Assembly (NCBI RefSeq): GCF_000186885.1 | Contig: NC_014972.1 | Location: 900,001 to 932,000 of the forward strand | Length of the DNA stretch: 32,000 nt | From: Desulfobulbus propionicus DSM 2032 | GTDB lineage: Bacteria > Desulfobacterota > Desulfobulbia > Desulfobulbales > Desulfobulbaceae | Direction of reading: 5' to 3' | Shown here: positions 27,129 through 32,000 of the stretch, piece by piece | Position numbering within the stretch: position 1 is the first letter of the stretch | Layout of the letters: each line of letters begins with the position of its first letter | Notes under the pieces: generated by a model | The model's database searches: none | What the model was told of the DNA's origin: nothing | Seen by the model: the letters and a program-made list of their open reading frames with translations, nothing else | Made by a program: the position numbers and the translations under genes

Positions 27129-30100
27129 TCATCGCTGTCTGGCCCTGACCAGATAATACAGGACCGGCACCGCCATCCGGCTGATGAGCAATGAAGCGAT
27201 TTCACCGAACATCAGGGAGATGGCCAGGCCCTGGAAAATCGGGTCGGCAAGAATGACCGAAGCGCCGACCACCACTGCCAGCGCGGTCAGCAGCATCGGC
27301 CGGAAACGGATGGCCCCGGCCTCGACCACCGCCTCGGCGAGCGAGAGACCGTGGCTGAGGCGCAGTTCGATGAAATCCACCAGGATGATCGAGTTGCGGA
27401 CCACGATGCCTGCTCCGGCCATGAAGCCGATCATCGAGGTGGCGGTGAAAAAGCCGTTCAGCGCCCAATGGGCGGGCAGGATGCCGATCAGCGAGAACGG
27501 GATGGCGGCCATCACCACCAGCGGGGTGACGTAGTCCTTGAACCAGCCGACCATCAGCATGTAGATCAGCACCATGACCACGCAGAAGGCTAGTCCCAGA
27601 TCGCGGAAGACCTCCAGGGTGATGTGCCACTCGCCGTCCCATTTCATCGCCGGCTGGTTTTCCAGAAAAGGTTGGTTGAGGTTGTACACGGTCACCGGTC
27701 CGGCCTGGCCGCCGAAGTCGGCCGCATCCAGTTGCTTGAGCCGCTGGTTCATCTGCAGAATCGGGTATACCGGGCTTTCCGCCGCGCCGGCGACGTCGCC
27801 GGTGACGTAGACCACCGGTTTGAGATTCTTGCGGTAGATCGGCTGATCAACCGGCTGCTCGCTGACCCGCACCAGTTCGCGCAGGGGCACCAGCGGCGCC
27901 TGGGGCTGGGTCGCCGGCCGCAGGGAGATGTTGAGCAGGTTGTCGATCCGGGCCCGCTGTGCTTGCGGCAGCTGCACCACGATATCGATCTCCTCCTTGT
28001 CGCGGGGCTGGTGAAACAGGTCGAGGGAACGGCCGGACAAGCCCATCTCCACCGCCTGGGCGATTTCAGCCTCGGACAGGCCGTTGAGCGCGGCCTTTTC
28101 CTTGTCCACCTTCAGCACCAGCTTGGATCGTTCCTGCTCGCGGTACCAATCGATATCCACCACACCGTCGGTGGTGGCAAAAATATTCTTGACTTCGTTG
28201 GCCAGTCGTACCCGGCTGCACTCATCCGGACCGTAGATTTCGGCCACCAGGGTTTGCAGCACCGGCGGACCGGGCGGTACTTCGGCCACCGCCACGGCTG
28301 CCCCGTAGTGGGCCGCGATCCGCGCGATTTCCGGCCGCACCCGTTTGGCGATGTCGTGGCTCTGACTGTCGCGGTCCGCCTTGGGACGGAGGTTGATCTG
28401 GACATCGGCCACGGTCGGGCCGGAACGCATGAAGTAGTGGCGGACCAAGCCGTTGAAATTGTAGGGAGAGGCCGTGCCGGCATAAATCTGGTAATTGACC
28501 ACCTCGGGCTCGCGGCCGGCCGCCTCGGCCATTTTCATGGCTACGTGAGCGGTCTGTTCCAGGGTCGACCCCTCGGGCATGTCGAGAATGATTTGAAATT
28601 CCGACTTGTTGTCAAAAGGCAGCATTTTCACCTTGACCTTGCCCAGGTACACCAGGGAACAGGAGGCGAGCAACAGCATCACGATCAGGGCGAAAAATCC
28701 CAGCCGCCAGGCGGCATGGGCCAGGAGCGGGTCCATGATCCGGTGATAGAGGCGGGTGAACCAATCGTCCGGGGCGTGGTCCGGATCGTGGCCAGCCTCG
28801 TTGCCGGCTCCTTTGGGCGGGCGCAGGATGCGGATGGCCGCCCAGGGGGTGACGGTGAAGGCGATGGCCAGGGAAAAGACCATGGCCGCCGAGGCGCCGA
28901 TCGGGATGGGCCGCATGTAGGGACCCATCAAGCCGCCGACAAAGGCCATGGGCAATATGGCGGCGATCACCGCCCAGGTAGCGAGAATGGTGGGGTTGCC
29001 GACCTCGATCACCGCCGCCACGGCAATGTCCTTGAGGGAGGCGCGCTGGCTGGCTGGCAGCCGCAGATGGCGGACGATATTCTCGACCACCACGATGGCG
29101 TCATCCACCAGGATGCCGATGGAGAAGATCAGGGCGAACAGGGTGATGCGGTTGAGGGTGTAGCCGTACAGGTAGAACAGGAGCAGGGTCAGCGACAGGG
29201 TCGAGGGAATAGCGAGGAGGACAATGATCGATTCGCGCCAGCCAAGGAAAAACAGGATGAGCAGGGCCACGCCGAAGACCGCGATGCCCATGTGGAGCAG
29301 CAGTTCATTGGATTTTTCGGCCGCAGTCTCGCCGTAGTCGCGGGTGACGGTTACCGAAACCTCGGGTGGGATGAGCGTGCCCTTGAGGCTGTCCACCTTG
29401 CGCAGCACCGTCTCCACCACGTGGACCGCATTGGCGCCGGGCCGCTTGGCCACCGACAGGGTGACCGCCGCTTCGGGATCGCCGTCCTGCCTGCCGAACA
29501 GCACGTAGGATTGGGGCTCCTCCGGGCCGTCGATGACCGTTGCGACCTCGTGCAGATAGACGGGCCGGCCGCCGTGGACCCCGACCACGATCCGCCCGGC
29601 CTCCTCGGCGGAATCAAGGAAGGTGCCGGTCTGCAGCAGCACCTCGTTGTTCAGGGCGCGCAGGGTGCCGGACTGGGATTGCCGGTTGGCCTGCTGCAGG
29701 CGCTGAACCAGATCCCCGGGACTGAGGTCGCGGGCCGCCAGCAACAGGGGATCGAATTGCACCCGCAGTTGTCTGCGGGTACCGCCGATCAGCCGGGTTT
29801 CCGCCACCTCGAAGATCGATTTGATGGCATCATCGACCTCGGCGGCCAGACGGCGCAGGGTGAAATGATCGGAGGTGGTGGAATGGAAGGTCAGGGCCAG
29901 GATCGGCACATCGTCAATGGAGTGCGGTTTGATCAGCGGCAGGGATACCCCGTGGGGGATGCGGTCGAAGTTGGTCTGCAGCTTCTGGTTGAGACTGACG
30001 ATCGCTTTCTCGAAATCCTCGCCCACGTAGAAACGGGCGATCAGCAGGCACTGGCCGGGCATGGAGGTGGAGTAGATGTACTCGACGCCGGGCAGTTCAT

Positions 30101-30344
30101 AGAGCAACTTCTCCATGGGGACGGCCAAGCGCTGCTCGACTTCCTTGGCGGTGGCGCCGGGCATGGAGACCATCACGTCGATCATCGGTACCTTGATCTG
30201 CGGCTCCTCCTCGCGCGGCAGCAGGGAAAGGGCCAGCAAGCCCAGCAGCAGCGAGGCGATCAACCCGATTGGGGTCAACTTGGAACCGACAAAGGCCGCG
30301 GCCAGCCGTCCGGCAAAACCAGGATGGGTCGAGTTGCCGCTCAT
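27129..30344 (-). CDS. RND family efflux transporter permease (AcrB/HAE-type)
   Basis: 1071 aa; [41 protein letters not shown]4 [21 protein letters not shown]-term [22 protein letters not shown]...[20 protein letters not shown]. Confidence 0.95.
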   Translation of the reverse strand: MSGNSTHPGFAGRLAAAFVGSKLTPIGLIASLLLGLLALSLLPREEEPQIKVPMIDVMVSMPGATAKEVEQRLAVPMEKLLYELPGVEYIYSTSMPGQCLLIARFYVGEDFEKAIVSLNQKLQTNFDRIPHGVSLPLIKPHSIDDVPILALTFHSTTSDHFTLRRLAAEVDDAIKSIFEVAETRLIGGTRRQLRVQFDPLLLAARDLSPGDLVQRLQQANRQSQSGTLRALNNEVLLQTGTFLDSAEEAGRIVVGVHGGRPVYLHEVATVIDGPEEPQSYVLFGRQDGDPEAAVTLSVAKRPGANAVHVVETVLRKVDSLKGTLIPPEVSVTVTRDYGETAAEKSNELLLHMGIAVFGVALLILFFLGWRESIIVLLAIPSTLSLTLLLFYLYGYTLNRITLFALIFSIGILVDDAIVVVENIVRHLRLPASQRASLKDIAVAAVIEVGNPTILATWAVIAAILPMAFVGGLMGPYMRPIPIGASAAMVFSLAIAFTVTPWAAIRILRPPKGAGNEAGHDPDHAPDDWFTRLYHRIMDPLLAHAAWRLGFFALIVMLLLASCSLVYLGKVKVKMLPFDNKSEFQIILDMPEGSTLEQTAHVAMKMAEAAGREPEVVNYQIYAGTASPYNFNGLVRHYFMRSGPTVADVQINLRPKADRDSQSHDIAKRVRPEIARIAAHYGAAVAVAEVPPGPPVLQTLVAEIYGPDECSRVRLANEVKNIFATTDGVVDIDWYREQERSKLVLKVDKEKAALNGLSEAEIAQAVEMGLSGRSLDLFHQPRDKEEIDIVVQLPQAQRARIDNLLNISLRPATQPQAPLVPLRELVRVSEQPVDQPIYRKNLKPVVYVTGDVAGAAESPVYPILQMNQRLKQLDAADFGGQAGPVTVYNLNQPFLENQPAMKWDGEWHITLEVFRDLGLAFCVVMVLIYMLMVGWFKDYVTPLVVMAAIPFSLIGILPAHWALNGFFTATSMIGFMAGAGIVVRNSIILVDFIELRLSHGLSLAEAVVEAGAIRFRPMLLTALAVVVGASVILADPIFQGLAISLMFGEIASLLISRMAVPVLYYLVRARQR

Positions 30345-31375
30345 GGCTGAACCTGCAATGCCTGACCATGGACCAGCAGGCGGTTGTTGGTGGTGACCAC
30401 GGTTTCGTCGGGCGCCAAGCCGGCGAGAATCTCGACCATGCCATCATGGCTGGCGCCAACCCTGACCAGACGGAGCTGGGCACGTGCGTTCTCGACCACG
30501 AACACACGGTCCATCTGTCCGGACGGGACAAGGGCGCTGGCCGGCACCAGCAGGGATGGGGTTCTGGTGCCGGGCAGGAGAACTCGAGCGAACTGCCCGG
30601 TGCGCAGGTCGGGATGGGCGGGCAAATCAATGATCACCGGGGCGGTCCGTGAATCCGGATCAGCCGCCGGCGCTACCTCGGCCACCGTGCCTTGGACCGT
30701 CACCCCAGCCGCCGGAATCCTGACAGTGAGGACATCACCGGGCCGGATCTGCAGGACCAAACTTTCCGGAACCGCCGTGCGCACCTGTAGCAGGCGGTTG
30801 TTTTCCAGCTGGAGAAGCGCGGTTCCGGGTGTGGCCAGATCGCCGCTGTGCGCATGCTTGCGGGTCACCACGCCGTCAAAGGGGGCGGTGAGGGTGGTGT
30901 AGCCGAGCATGGTCTTGGCCTCGCGGTATCCGGCTTGGGCGATGTTGTACTGATCGGTCATCGCCTTGACCATGTCCGGCGTGGCGGCATTTTTTGCCAG
31001 CAGGTTCTGTTCCCGTTCCAGATTGCGGCGGGCCTGCGCCAGCTGGGCCTCCGCCTGGTTGAGCCGCGCGGTGATCTCCTCGGCGCTGATCGCCACCAAC
31101 AGTTCTCCAGCCTTGACCGTGGAGCCGAGCACCACCGGCATGCGGGTGATCACGCCGGTGATCTTGGCGGCGATGGAGGCACGCTCGGCCGCCTGCAGGG
31201 TCCCGGCCAGCTCGATGAGGGCCGCCACCTCGCCTGTCCGCACCTTGGTTACGGTCACCGGTACCGCGGGTGTTGCGGGTGGCGGCGCGCTCGCAGCCGA
31301 ACCGGGGACGAGGAACAGGATGGCGATGATCAGCGCAAGCAGGCGGATCTGCAAAGGAGGCATGACACGGGACAT
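30341..31375 (-). CDS. RND efflux membrane fusion (periplasmic adaptor) protein
   Basis: [74 protein letters not shown]; start/stop 4-nt overlap with the RND gene. Confidence 0.93.
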   Translation of the reverse strand: MSRVMPPLQIRLLALIIAILFLVPGSAASAPPPATPAVPVTVTKVRTGEVAALIELAGTLQAAERASIAAKITGVITRMPVVLGSTVKAGELLVAISAEEITARLNQAEAQLAQARRNLEREQNLLAKNAATPDMVKAMTDQYNIAQAGYREAKTMLGYTTLTAPFDGVVTRKHAHSGDLATPGTALLQLENNRLLQVRTAVPESLVLQIRPGDVLTVRIPAAGVTVQGTVAEVAPAADPDSRTAPVIIDLPAHPDLRTGQFARVLLPGTRTPSLLVPASALVPSGQMDRVFVVENARAQLRLVRVGASHDGMVEILAGLAPDETVVTTNNRLLVHGQALQVQP

Positions 31376-31377
31376 GG

Positions 31378-32000
31378 TTATTTCCCCTGATTGAATTGGC
31401 TCAGGCCGACCGCGCGGCGGAGATCGGCTATGGCGATTGCATGGGCGGCGGTGGCCAAGGTATGGCTCAGGCGGGCATCGGTGAGACGGTTTTCGGTGTC
31501 GATCAGCTCCGAGGAAAGGACCACTCCTTCCTTGAAGCGCAGGCGGGACAAACGGGCGCTTTCCTCGGCTGATTCCACCATCTTGCCGGTGACCGCGAGC
31601 CGTTCGGTTTCCTGCTGCAGGGCGAGCGCCGCCTGCTCCACCTCCAGATTGAGGGCGAGTTCCAGCTTGTGTTGCTGCTCCTTGGCCTCGCGCAGTTGGG
31701 CATCAGCCCGTTCGGTGGCGGCGCTGGTCTGCCCGCCGTTGAATAGGGTGTAGTTGAGGCGGACGCCCGTGGTCCAGGAGTTGCCGGAACCGTCGTCCAA
31801 TTCCGTGCCCTTGTCGACCTGGTAGCTGCCAAAGGCATCGGCGGTGGGGTAATAGCCGGCGCGGGCTTGACGCGCCTGGGCCTCCCGAGCTTTGACCAGG
31901 GCGGCCATGGCGGTCAGTTCCGGGCGGTTGTGGGGATCGCGCTCCCCCGGAATCTCCTGGGCTGGTGTGGCGGAGGGGTCGAGGGTCACGGTCTCGCCCG
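31378..32000 (-). CDS. Outer membrane efflux protein (TolC family), C-terminal part; 5' end outside window
   Basis: AREAQARQARAGYYPTADAFGSY...LNYTLFNGGQTSAATERADAQLREAKEQ...SARLSRLRFKEGVVLSSELIDTENRLTDARLSH; first gene of the RND operon on -. Confidence 0.88.
   Translation of the reverse strand, partial: GETVTLDPSATPAQEIPGERDPHNRPELTAMAALVKAREAQARQARAGYYPTADAFGSYQVDKGTELDDGSGNSWTTGVRLNYTLFNGGQTSAATERADAQLREAKEQQHKLELALNLEVEQAALALQQETERLAVTGKMVESAEESARLSRLRFKEGVVLSSELIDTENRLTDARLSHTLATAAHAIAIADLRRAVGLSQFNQGK

Noticed and set aside
27624-30350. 908-aa plus-strand ORF opposite the RND permease
   Set aside because: Antisense shadow; the minus strand has full RND signatures and the plus translation has no recognisable domain.

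Overview
32 kb GC-rich chromosomal window whose gene content and order resemble a deltaproteobacterium (Desulfobulbales-like; taxonomy is inference). The left part is a core cluster on +: uppS(partial)-cdsA-dxr-rseP-tsaB-ispG-proS-rel-Smr-like-rph. Then come a Nudix gene and rlmKL on -. The middle (13.6-26 kb, +) is signalling-rich: a HisKA-like+REC protein with no kinase ATPase domain, a sigma54-dependent response regulator, an orphan 134-aa protein, a triple-CheW protein, a soluble chemoreceptor with five Cys-rich PAS-like domains (four in an exact 366-bp period), an overlapping GNAT/histone-deacetylase-family pair, a YkgJ-type cysteine-cluster protein, and an ErcA-like iron alcohol dehydrogenase 3 nt upstream of a hybrid PAS histidine kinase. 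The right part (-) has a YpfJ-like zinc metallopeptidase and an RND-MFP-TolC efflux operon that runs off the window. Most notable: the Cys-rich PAS receptor with its triple-CheW partner; a long Rel protein with a degenerate hydrolase site but intact-looking RXKD-type synthetase; and the HisKA-REC protein. I found no convincing CRISPR, tRNA, rRNA, phage or transposon. No homology search was run; all product calls are from reading motifs in the translated sequence.
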